Virus record (IMG/VR): IMGVR_UViG_3300033067_000249 | Coordinates: 1 to 28,786 of that record | Source of the DNA: a virus | Lineage: Duplodnaviria > Caudoviricetes | Reading direction: 5' to 3' (one strand) | DNA: 28,786 nt | Shown here: positions 1 through 8,173 of the stretch, one piece after another | How the letters are laid out: each line of letters starts with the position of its first letter | Position numbering within the stretch: position 1 is the first letter of the stretch | Notes under the pieces: generated by a model | Seen by the model: only the letters and a program-made list of their open reading frames with translations | Databases searched by the model: none | What the model was told of the DNA's origin: nothing | Translations under genes and position numbers: made by a program

Positions 1-1
1 T

Positions 2-1846
2 GTTATTAATAACGCCAATGGATATTATGAAGTATCTATGACATCCGGTGGTGGAGCATTCGCTGAAGGAGATACTATTGTAATCTCTGGTGAGCACTTA
101 GGTGGTGTAGACGGTGTTAATGATTTAACATTGACTGTTCAAACAGTAGGCACTAACGGTGTCATCTCATCATATCTAATTACATCTGGTGTTGCAAACG
201 TTCAGTACTCAATTGGATTGACTAATTGGGATGAATTGACATATGTTTCAAACGAAGGTGCACCATCAGCATTGCCAGCTAACGGTACTGATTGGTTCTA
301 TTCAACTGCTACTCAAGTTGACATTATGGTCAACGAAGGTGGTTCTTGGAAGGGCTACGGTATGGTGGGTTATGATGATGAAGGTCATCCAGCATCATTG
401 GTATCAAACACAACAGACGCATTAGGTGTAATCGTTAGTGCAACAGCACCATCACAACAAACAACTGGTGACGATTTGGTTCCAGGTGACTTGTGGTTGA
501 ATACTTCTGATTTAGAAAACTATCCTGCTCTTTCACGTTGGGAAATTGTTGACGATACTGCCCAGTGGGTTGCAATCGACAATACTGACCAAACTTCATC
601 AAAGGGTATTGTTTTTGCAGATGCACGTTGGGCAAGCGCAGGTGATATCGATCCAGTAAATGATCCTATCCCAACTATCTCTTCCCTACTAGTAAGTGAC
701 TATCTAGATTTAGATGCTCCGGACGCAGCTTTGTATCCACAGGGTATGTTGTTATTCAACACACGCCGTTCAGGATACAACGTTAAACGTTTCACAACTA
801 ACTATTTTACACAAGCAAGATTCCCAGGTGAAGCATTACCTGCTAAGTCATATACTTGGGTAACATCAAGTGGTTTGAAGTCAGACGGTTCTGCATACAT
901 GGGTCGTAAGGCTCAACGTAATATGGTTGTACAAGCAATGAAAGCTGCTATCGGTACAAACATGAGCATCCGTGAAGAAGATACATTCTTTAACTTAATC
1001 GCAGCTCCTGGCTACCCAGAACTTCAACCTGATATGGTTGGTCTAAACAATGAACGTAATAATACTGCGTACATCATTGGTGATACTCCATTGAGATTGA
1101 ACGACCAAGCTACTGACTTGACTAACTGGGCAACTAACAAAGCAGGTGCAACATCTTCTGGTGAAGACGGTTGGGTTACTCGTGACACTTATCTAGGTGT
1201 GTTCTATCCAAGTGGCATCACTACTGATGTTACAGGTGCAGCCGCAGTAGTTCCAGCATCACACATGATGTTGCGTACTATGATTCGCAACGATACAGTT
1301 GCTTATCCTTGGTTAGCTCCAGCTGGTACACGCCGTGGTACAATCGACAATGCTACAAACATTGGTTACATTGACGCAGCAACTGGTGAATTCCAGACAG
1401 TTAAGAATAGAATGGGTATTCGTGACGTATTGTATACAAATCAAATTAACCCGTTGGCATACTTCACTGGTGTTGGTTTGTTGAACTACGGTAACAAGAA
1501 CTCATTTGATAGTCAATCAGCATTGGATCGTATCAACGTAGCTCGTCTAGTTGCTTATATCCGTGAGCGTCTACAAGTTGCAGCACGTCCGTTCGTATTC
1601 GAACCAAATGATGCATTGACACGTGGTCAGTTGACTTCAGTTGTTCAGTCATTGTTTGTTGACTTAGTTGCTAAACGTGGTCTATATGACTACTTGGTAG
1701 TATGTGATGAAAGTAATAACACTCCTGCTCGTATCGATAGAAACGAATTATGGATTGATATTGCGATTGAACCAGTTAAGGCTGCGGAATTCATCTACAT
1801 CCCTGTTCGTGTAATGAACACAGGTGAGATTGCAAGTCTCAAGTAA
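2..1846 (+). CDS. Contractile tail sheath protein (T4 gp18-like), 5'-truncated by the window edge
   Basis: The frame is open from base 2, upstream of the ATG at 38. The C-terminus has sheath motifs: YPWLAPAGTRRG, LYTNQINPL, SALDRINVARL, FVFEPND, VVCDESNNTPARIDRNEL, IEPVKAAEFIYI. Confidence 0.95.
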   Translation, partial: VINNANGYYEVSMTSGGGAFAEGDTIVISGEHLGGVDGVNDLTLTVQTVGTNGVISSYLITSGVANVQYSIGLTNWDELTYVSNEGAPSALPANGTDWFYSTATQVDIMVNEGGSWKGYGMVGYDDEGHPASLVSNTTDALGVIVSATAPSQQTTGDDLVPGDLWLNTSDLENYPALSRWEIVDDTAQWVAIDNTDQTSSKGIVFADARWASAGDIDPVNDPIPTISSLLVSDYLDLDAPDAALYPQGMLLFNTRRSGYNVKRFTTNYFTQARFPGEALPAKSYTWVTSSGLKSDGSAYMGRKAQRNMVVQAMKAAIGTNMSIREEDTFFNLIAAPGYPELQPDMVGLNNERNNTAYIIGDTPLRLNDQATDLTNWATNKAGATSSGEDGWVTRDTYLGVFYPSGITTDVTGAAAVVPASHMMLRTMIRNDTVAYPWLAPAGTRRGTIDNATNIGYIDAATGEFQTVKNRMGIRDVLYTNQINPLAYFTGVGLLNYGNKNSFDSQSALDRINVARLVAYIRERLQVAARPFVFEPNDALTRGQLTSVVQSLFVDLVAKRGLYDYLVVCDESNNTPARIDRNELWIDIAIEPVKAAEFIYIPVRVMNTGEIASLK

Positions 1847-1852
1847 AATGAT

Positions 1853-1871
1853 TGCCCCCTTTCGGGGGGCA
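1853..1871 (+). terminator. GC-rich hairpin after the sheath gene (weak terminator or processing/stability stem)
   Basis: TGCCCCC-TTTCG-GGGGGCA directly after the stop codon. The downstream U-tract is poor (TTCTT). Confidence 0.6.
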
Positions 1872-1881
1872 TTCTTAGTAA

Positions 1882-1889
1882 GATAAATA
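1882..1889 (+). promoter_or_regulatory. T4-type late promoter box
   Basis: GATAAATA (T4 consensus TATAAATA) upstream of the AGGAG SD of the tube gene. Confidence 0.75.
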
Positions 1890-1909
1890 TATACATAGGA
1901 GAATAAAAT

Positions 1910-2536
1910 ATGGCAACAGCCTCACAATCACTGTTCAACATGACCGTAGCAGCGGATGCTTCATCTAATAGCCAAGGTTTGTTGATGCCTAAATTACAAT
2001 ATCGTTTCAGAGCATTGTTCTTAAACTTTGGCGTAGGTGGTTCAACTCAAGAATTGACTAAACAAGTCATGGACATCACTCGTCCACAATTATCATTTGA
2101 CGAAGTTGCGTTAGATGTTTATAACAGCAAAGTATACTTGGCTGGTAAACATTCATGGTCAGAAACAACTATCAACTTACGTGACGATGCTCAAGGCAAC
2201 GTAACTAAGTTAGTTGGTCAACAATTACAAAAGCAAATGGACTTTGTTGAGCAGGCTTCTGCTGCAACAGGTCAAGACTATAAATTCCAAATCAACTACG
2301 AAATACTTGATGGTGGTAATGGTGTCTTGACTCCAACAGTTCTAGAAACTTGGGAATTGTATGGTTGCTTCATTAAGACTGTAAACTACAACAATATGGA
2401 TTACAAGGCAAGCGAAGCTGCTACAATTCAGTTACAAGTTCGTTTCGATAACGCAGTACAGTCTCCATTGTCTTCTGGCTTGGGTACTTCTGTCGGTCGT
2501 GCATTCGGCGGCGCATCAGTAACTGGTATCGGTTAA
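1910..2536 (+). CDS. Tail tube protein (T4 gp19-like)
   Basis: Follows the sheath gene; 208 aa; strong AGGAG SD; tube-like pattern PKLQYRFR...YLAGKHSW...WELYGCF...YNNMDY...VRFD. Confidence 0.85.
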   Translation: MATASQSLFNMTVAADASSNSQGLLMPKLQYRFRALFLNFGVGGSTQELTKQVMDITRPQLSFDEVALDVYNSKVYLAGKHSWSETTINLRDDAQGNVTKLVGQQLQKQMDFVEQASAATGQDYKFQINYEILDGGNGVLTPTVLETWELYGCFIKTVNYNNMDYKASEAATIQLQVRFDNAVQSPLSSGLGTSVGRAFGGASVTGIG

Positions 2537-2542
2537 TAGTTA

Positions 2543-3679
2543 ATGGCTGGATTTGTACAAAATCTATTGCAGGACGCCTCATCAGCGTTCTTTGGAAATG
2601 ATTACTTGCGTGATTTTCAACACGCAAGTAAAACCTTCAGACCTGACAATTATACAAACGCACCTAAATTCAAGTTCCTGTTTCATGTTTATTTTGATAT
2701 AAACACTGACATAGGATCTAATTTCCTAACTTGGGATACTAAAAAGAATTTGGGTTTAGCAGTTAAAACGATTCAACTTCCGAAGTACACTTTTGACCTT
2801 CACACGATGAATCAGTATAATCGCAAACGAATTGTACAGACTAAAATTAAATACGATCCAGTAAATATCTCCCTTCATGATGATAACGGAGGGATGATAC
2901 GAAAGCTATGGCAATCATATTTTTCGTATTATTACAAAGATTTAAATCAAACAGGTGACATTCAACCTACTAACAAAACAGGTGCGAATGCAAAGAATGA
3001 TATAAATGGTAGAACTCAATATGATTCATCAATCGCAGGTAATGACGATTGGGGTTTCATCGGTGAATCTACATCATCCAAGAACATCAACAAAAAGATT
3101 CCTTTCTTTAGGGCAATCAACATCTACGGATTCAACCAACACAATTTCATTTTGTATCGTTTGATTAATCCAGTGATTGAAAGTTTTTCTCACGATACAT
3201 ATAGCTATTCTGATAATGGCGTTATGGAACATCAGATGACAATCAACTATGAAACTGTAAAATACTATGAGGGTGCTATCGACGGTAGAAAACCTGATAA
3301 TATTGTACAGATGTTTGGTAGAGAAGCTGAATATGATAGAACATTGAGTCCTATTGCTCGTCCTGGTTCGAATGCTTCGATTCTAGGTCAAGGCGGCTTA
3401 GTTGACGGCGTCGGTGGTATCATGGAAGATATCTCTAGTGGAAACATCTTTGGCGCAGTTCAAAAAGCTGGAGCAATGAAAAACACATTCAAAAATCCAG
3501 CAAATGTATTGAACATAGCTAAATCTGAAGCATTGACTCTTGCAACAAACAGCATTCAAAATGTCCCAAATCGCAATAGTCCTTTCCAGTTCCCGACTGA
3601 TGCTTCTACTATGATTCAAAATGCACCCAAGAATCTTGTGAGTGGTGCACAAAATGCAGTCAATTCCCTACGTAAATAA
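2543..3679 (+). CDS. Tail-tube-fold baseplate/tube-initiator protein (gp54/gp48-like)
   Basis: The N-terminal half echoes the tube pattern (PKFKFLFHVYF...VKTIQLPKY...YDPVNISLHDD...MTINYETV); position directly after the tube gene. Confidence 0.55.
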   Translation: MAGFVQNLLQDASSAFFGNDYLRDFQHASKTFRPDNYTNAPKFKFLFHVYFDINTDIGSNFLTWDTKKNLGLAVKTIQLPKYTFDLHTMNQYNRKRIVQTKIKYDPVNISLHDDNGGMIRKLWQSYFSYYYKDLNQTGDIQPTNKTGANAKNDINGRTQYDSSIAGNDDWGFIGESTSSKNINKKIPFFRAINIYGFNQHNFILYRLINPVIESFSHDTYSYSDNGVMEHQMTINYETVKYYEGAIDGRKPDNIVQMFGREAEYDRTLSPIARPGSNASILGQGGLVDGVGGIMEDISSGNIFGAVQKAGAMKNTFKNPANVLNIAKSEALTLATNSIQNVPNRNSPFQFPTDASTMIQNAPKNLVSGAQNAVNSLRK

Positions 3680-3682
3680 ATA
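3675..3682 (+). promoter_or_regulatory. T4-type late promoter box
   Basis: AATAAATA overlapping the upstream stop codon, 18 nt before ATG 3701. Confidence 0.6.
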
Positions 3683-3700
3683 CTTCTAAAGAGGTAACAT

Positions 3701-4063
3701 ATGGCAAACATCATTGATGCACCACAATCACAGCTAGACAGTTCTGTTAAACTGTTCGACAGTTTCTACAATTTTGAAATGAACGTAAGTGCGAACCAAT
3801 ACGATATTGTATATTCATATTTTTATGAATCAACGAAAAGTAAAAACATAGCACAGAATTTTACTACTATTATTTTCAGACTTTCTAGCATTACAGGTGA
3901 AAATGTAATGACGATGCTAGAGTATCTTCAAGGTAAATCTAAGCTAGAAGCAAACGTTACCTTAGCGTACTATTTGAACAGTATCAAAAGTAAAACAACT
4001 TTGTATGGGGTAAGTGTTGTGCCTAAGCCAAATGAAATGGTTCAGCGCAACATCGTAGTCTAA
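3701..4063 (+). CDS. Hypothetical protein, 120 aa
   Basis: GAGG SD; TAATG coupling to the next gene. Confidence 0.8.
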   Translation: MANIIDAPQSQLDSSVKLFDSFYNFEMNVSANQYDIVYSYFYESTKSKNIAQNFTTIIFRLSSITGENVMTMLEYLQGKSKLEANVTLAYYLNSIKSKTTLYGVSVVPKPNEMVQRNIVV

Positions 4064-4500
4064 TGAGTAAATGGGCACACGGGAAATATACTCCGGTTAA
4101 TCCTCAGAAATACGTAGGCAAAACGATTCCAACTTATCGCAGTGGTTGGGAACTAACATTCATGCAATTCTGCGACAAAAACAGCAACGTTATACAATGG
4201 GCAAGTGAACCAATGAGAATCCCATACAGAAACCCGTTGACTGGAAAAAACACAAACTATATTCCTGATTTCTTAGTAGTCTATCAAAACAAACATGGAC
4301 AACAGATTGCAGAGTTAATTGAAATCAAACCTAAAAAGCAAAGTCTTATTGAAAGCAAAGTTGCCAATGCAAGAGATAGAGCAGTCATTGCTATCAATCA
4401 TGCAAAATGGGCTGCTGCTATGGCTTGGTGTAAGAACTCAGGAATCACATTCAGGGTTATCACTGAAGATGACCTTTTCTACAACGGGAAACGCAAGTAA
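4063..4500 (+). CDS. Head completion nuclease (T4 gp4-like, TnsA-N/PD-(D/E)xK fold)
   Basis: KYTPVNPQKYVG, YRSGWE, WASE, YIPDF...EIKP, INHAKW and FRVITE motifs. Confidence 0.9.
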   Translation: MSKWAHGKYTPVNPQKYVGKTIPTYRSGWELTFMQFCDKNSNVIQWASEPMRIPYRNPLTGKNTNYIPDFLVVYQNKHGQQIAELIEIKPKKQSLIESKVANARDRAVIAINHAKWAAAMAWCKNSGITFRVITEDDLFYNGKRK

Positions 4501-4506
4501 TAAATA
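4499..4506 (+). promoter_or_regulatory. T4-type late promoter box
   Basis: AATAAATA immediately before the inverted repeat at 4508-4528 and ATG 4528. Confidence 0.65.
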
Positions 4507-4527
4507 CTACTATTATCGGATAATAGT

Positions 4528-5019
4528 ATGACAAAAAAACTTAGCGAACTTTTCGAACTCCCCACAAGTGATGACACTCAAAATGAAGATGTCATAGAAC
4601 ACCAGCAAGTTCAAGAAATCACAGAAGATGCAATCAATACCCTCGACAAAATCGAGAATGCTCTACCTCAGGTTCGTGGTTTAGAAGCGTCTGACACTGA
4701 AATGGATGAATTAGCTAAGATGGCAACTGAAAGCTACAAAGACTTAATGGACTTGGGTATGCAAGTAGACAGTCGTTTTGCTAGTGAGATTTTCAATAGT
4801 GCTAGTTCGTTTCTGGGTCACGCAATCACATCAAAAACCGCTAAGATTAACAAAAAACTAAAGATGTTAGACCTTCAGATGAAGAAGGCAGCAATGGATC
4901 ATAAAATTGCGTCATCGAAAGGACCAGAAGAAATTGAAAACACCCCGTTGGGTGAGGGTAACTTACTTGACAGGAACGAGTTACTCAAGCAGATTCTGGC
5001 AAACAAAAAAACAGATTAA
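4528..5019 (+). CDS. Helical protein, probable terminase small subunit (gp16-like)
   Basis: 163 aa and helical; the central helix pair and C-terminal LLDRNELLKQI resemble T4-like TerS. This is a resemblance only. Confidence 0.45.
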   Translation: MTKKLSELFELPTSDDTQNEDVIEHQQVQEITEDAINTLDKIENALPQVRGLEASDTEMDELAKMATESYKDLMDLGMQVDSRFASEIFNSASSFLGHAITSKTAKINKKLKMLDLQMKKAAMDHKIASSKGPEEIENTPLGEGNLLDRNELLKQILANKKTD

Positions 5020-5027
5020 GATAAATA
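5020..5027 (+). promoter_or_regulatory. T4-type late promoter box
   Basis: GATAAATA right after the upstream stop codon and before an AGGA SD. Confidence 0.75.
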
Positions 5028-5047
5028 ATATATTAGGAACTATAAAG

Positions 5048-5644
5048 ATGCAAAGCCTTAAACACTATTTAATGGAAAGTGCTAGAACATATCGTTACAC
5101 GATTAAAATCGCCGGCGATTTAGATAAAAATTTTATCGACTTGTTCAGACACAACCTTCAGAAATTCGATCCAGTAAAGATTGAAGATCCGAAGACAACT
5201 CCTGTTCAGAAAAGTCCATATGACTTCCCTGAATTAGAGAACGAAACAGTTACTATCATCAGAGCAGAATTTAAATATCCTGCAACTGAACCAATGATTC
5301 AGCAAGTAGCTCAGTTATTGGGTTACCAAGTTAGTAAAGTCCGTGTATTAACTACAGACTTTACAGATTCAATCAATAGTGAAGAAGATAAGTTTGCAAA
5401 CGCAGACAAGTCAGAAGCGTTATTGTTAAAGACTGAATTGGAAGATTCTGGTAAAGAAGCAAGCAAAGACTATGCAAATCAATACTTAGATAAAGTTGTT
5501 CCTAAAGAACCTAGTATTGATATTCCATATGCTGCTAAAAAGACTCCAACAGCACCAAACAATACTAAAGAAGGTATCAACACAAAGGGTCCTTTCTCAA
5601 ACGTACAGCGCCCAGAGCGCCCAGCAACAGGAGCTCGTAAGTAA
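5048..5644 (+). CDS. Hypothetical virion/head-associated protein (start MQSLKHYLMES)
   Basis: ATG 5048 follows the late box and AGGA; the ORF-track start at 4907 overlaps the upstream gene. Confidence 0.75.
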   Translation: MQSLKHYLMESARTYRYTIKIAGDLDKNFIDLFRHNLQKFDPVKIEDPKTTPVQKSPYDFPELENETVTIIRAEFKYPATEPMIQQVAQLLGYQVSKVRVLTTDFTDSINSEEDKFANADKSEALLLKTELEDSGKEASKDYANQYLDKVVPKEPSIDIPYAAKKTPTAPNNTKEGINTKGPFSNVQRPERPATGARK

Positions 5645-5645
5645 A

Positions 5646-5864
5646 ATGGTCGACTTTACCGCCAAACAACTATCTTGGATTGTAATTAGTGCATGTGGTA
5701 TTGGTGGCGGTGGCTACCTTACTATGGACTCAAAGATTAAAGAAGTTGACAATAAACTAACAATCAATAGTGTACGTCAAGAAGCGATGAATGATAAGAT
5801 TGCTGATATTTCAAAGCAACTTAGTAGAATCGAAGATAAATTAGATAAAAGAGGATCACGATAA
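5646..5864 (+). CDS. Small protein with an N-terminal hydrophobic segment and a coiled coil (72 aa)
   Basis: MVDFTAKQLSWIVISACGIGGGGYL followed by heptads (IADISKQLSRIEDKL); GGAG upstream; TAATG coupling downstream. Confidence 0.7.
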   Translation: MVDFTAKQLSWIVISACGIGGGGYLTMDSKIKEVDNKLTINSVRQEAMNDKIADISKQLSRIEDKLDKRGSR

Positions 5865-8083
5865 TGGATTTTAGAAGCCTATTACAATCAATGACTTCAT
5901 TAAGTGAAGCAGAAACAAAAGACACTAAAACAGGTCGTGTTCACAAAGGTGATTACGGCACATCTTATGATGCTGATGATGAAGGCAAAAAGCCAGCAGC
6001 ATCTACTGAAAAACGTGGACGCGGTCGTCCAAAGAAAGGTGCTGATGATTCAGGTGAAGTTAAATCATATGATACGAAGTCTCTTGGCTCTGTATTTGGT
6101 GGCGGTCAAAAGCCAAAGAAAGACGTTGGCACAGTATCCAAAAAACATTCTTTAAAAGAATACATGGAATCAGTTGAAGATACTAAAGAAGCTGAAGCTG
6201 TTATGGAAAGTATGTTCGGTGGTGTTGACCATTCATCAGTTGCAGCTAACTTAGGTAAACTAGCTAGAGTTATCAAATCAGTTCAAACTCCAGAACAATT
6301 TGCTGTTGCTCAAAAGTATGCCCGAAGAATGAAGGGCACTATTATGAATCACCAACATGACAAGATGGGTTTTGGTTCTGGTTTAAGAGCTAACCTAGGT
6401 GTAATGCGTGATGTTGATGCTGACTTAAAAGCTAAGGCACAAGAATTAGGCATCGACTTTCAACCATTAGAAGAAACTGGCGAACAAGTTGAAATCAAAC
6501 CAGCAAGCCAAACACAAACTCAAGTTATCCAACAAGGTGACAAGACTTTGGGTACAGTTTCTAACCCGCAACTAGCTAATCAGATTAAGCAAGCTATTGG
6601 TCAAGGTCAAATGTCATTATCTACTGATGAAATCGCAGAAGGTAAGGCTAAGCCAGACTTCTTAGATGTTGACAAAGACGACAACAAGAAAGAATCTTTC
6701 AAGAAAGCTCTTAAAGACAAAGATGCTAAGAAGAAAGTTGCTGAAGGTCGTGACCATGCATCAAGTGAGTACACTGATGAAGCAATCGGTAAAATTTTAG
6801 CTCGTGAAAAGCCAGGAATGGATGCTGCCAGTGACGAGTTTTACAGTGCAGTGTATCACGAATTGATTCAAATGGGTCTTACACCAAAAGCAGCACGTTA
6901 TAAATTAAATGTTGATGAAGATTTCATGGGTGATGTTGCTTCTGCATACTCACAGTTCCAAAATAATCCAACATTGGATGAAGGCTCTCGTGAAGATTTT
7001 ACTCAACACGCTACAGTTGCACCAACACAAAATTTTACAAAACCAGGAAGCTCAATGGCACAGCCAAGAGGCACTCCTACTACAATCAATCGCCCAGTTT
7101 CTGAACCAACACCGTGGAGTGTTGATCCTGTTAACGCGGCAACGGACAGAGCATTCAATTTTATTGATAGCTTGAAGAAGAAAACTCCATTTTCAGAAGG
7201 TACAGATATGAAAGATATTCAATTAGAAAGCTGGGAACAGCAATTAAACGGTCTGTTGACAGAAGGTATTACTGTATCTTCAAGTCAAGGACAACAGGGT
7301 GCACCTGACTCAGTTAGCGTATCTGCTACTGAAGGTGACGCAGACGCATTGTTAACGGTATTACGTAATGCAGGCATCGGTGGCTTCGGCGCAGGTGAAC
7401 AACAACCAGAAGTTGGTTACGGCGTTGCTCAAGGCGGCGAAGAAGAATTCAACGGCACAGGTACAGAACCTCAACCAGCCCCAGGCGTAGTAGGTGACGG
7501 TGACGACATGCTATCTATGTTGAAGAAGATGGCTGGTCTAAGCGGTGAAGGTGATGCAGAAGTTGTTGCTATCGGTGGCGATGAAGGCGGTCAAGACTAT
7601 GAAGATGAAGAAGGTGGCGAAGAACAAGCACAAACTTTAGAACCAGCTAGCAGCGATGACGAAGAAGGTTCAGAAGAATCATCTGATGGAGAAGATTCAA
7701 GTGATGACGAAGAACAACAAACTGATGAAGGTAATGCTTTCACAGGTAAATTGAAACAAACCCCAAAAGGCGGTGAGTTCAAAATGGGCAATAAAGAGTA
7801 CAAAGATACATCTAGCTTAGAAGAAGGTGAAGATGAGTGCTATGAATGCGGTATGATGGAATCACAATGTGGTTGCGACCATGAGCAAGTTGAAGAAAAC
7901 TTCGCTAATGAACCAAATGATGAAATTGCACAATTAAAAGCATTATTGTCAATGGGTAATGATATGCACAGAGAAAAGCGTAGTCAGGCAATGGGAAATC
8001 CAGTCAAAGTTACTATGGAAACTAAGTTGATGAAAGAATCTTCAAGAATTCTATCAGACTATAGAAAATTAAGCGGTCTATAA
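5864..8083 (+). CDS. Large acidic low-complexity protein, probable prohead core/internal head protein
   Basis: GAGGA SD; many hydrophobic-X-E-[GSA] motifs; AT-hook KRGRGRPKK; acidic tract; CxxC...CxC motif. Confidence 0.6.
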   Translation: MDFRSLLQSMTSLSEAETKDTKTGRVHKGDYGTSYDADDEGKKPAASTEKRGRGRPKKGADDSGEVKSYDTKSLGSVFGGGQKPKKDVGTVSKKHSLKEYMESVEDTKEAEAVMESMFGGVDHSSVAANLGKLARVIKSVQTPEQFAVAQKYARRMKGTIMNHQHDKMGFGSGLRANLGVMRDVDADLKAKAQELGIDFQPLEETGEQVEIKPASQTQTQVIQQGDKTLGTVSNPQLANQIKQAIGQGQMSLSTDEIAEGKAKPDFLDVDKDDNKKESFKKALKDKDAKKKVAEGRDHASSEYTDEAIGKILAREKPGMDAASDEFYSAVYHELIQMGLTPKAARYKLNVDEDFMGDVASAYSQFQNNPTLDEGSREDFTQHATVAPTQNFTKPGSSMAQPRGTPTTINRPVSEPTPWSVDPVNAATDRAFNFIDSLKKKTPFSEGTDMKDIQLESWEQQLNGLLTEGITVSSSQGQQGAPDSVSVSATEGDADALLTVLRNAGIGGFGAGEQQPEVGYGVAQGGEEEFNGTGTEPQPAPGVVGDGDDMLSMLKKMAGLSGEGDAEVVAIGGDEGGQDYEDEEGGEEQAQTLEPASSDDEEGSEESSDGEDSSDDEEQQTDEGNAFTGKLKQTPKGGEFKMGNKEYKDTSSLEEGEDECYECGMMESQCGCDHEQVEENFANEPNDEIAQLKALLSMGNDMHREKRSQAMGNPVKVTMETKLMKESSRILSDYRKLSGL

Positions 8084-8100
8084 TAAGAAACCGCACTTTA

Positions 8101-8129
8101 AATAGCTCACTTCGGTGGGCTATTTTTTT
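8101..8129 (+). terminator. Rho-independent terminator with a C(UUCG)G tetraloop
   Basis: AATAGCTCAC-TTCG-GTGGGCTATT followed by a T-run. Confidence 0.92.
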
Positions 8130-8142
8130 GGGCTCGCTTTGT

Positions 8143-8150
8143 GATAAATA
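8143..8150 (+). promoter_or_regulatory. T4-type late promoter box
   Basis: GATAAATA between the terminator and ATG 8174. Confidence 0.8.
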
Positions 8151-8173
8151 CAACATAAGGTAGAATTTTTACT

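Noticed and set aside
4063-4500. TnsA-like nuclease suggesting a Tn7 element or homing endonuclease
   Set aside because: Motifs and context fit T4 gp4 head completion; no TnsB/TnsC or terminal repeats
4907-5047. ORF-track upstream starts at 4907 (likewise 5496, 11058, 16425, 16789)
   Set aside because: They overlap upstream genes; downstream starts have better SD or promoter support
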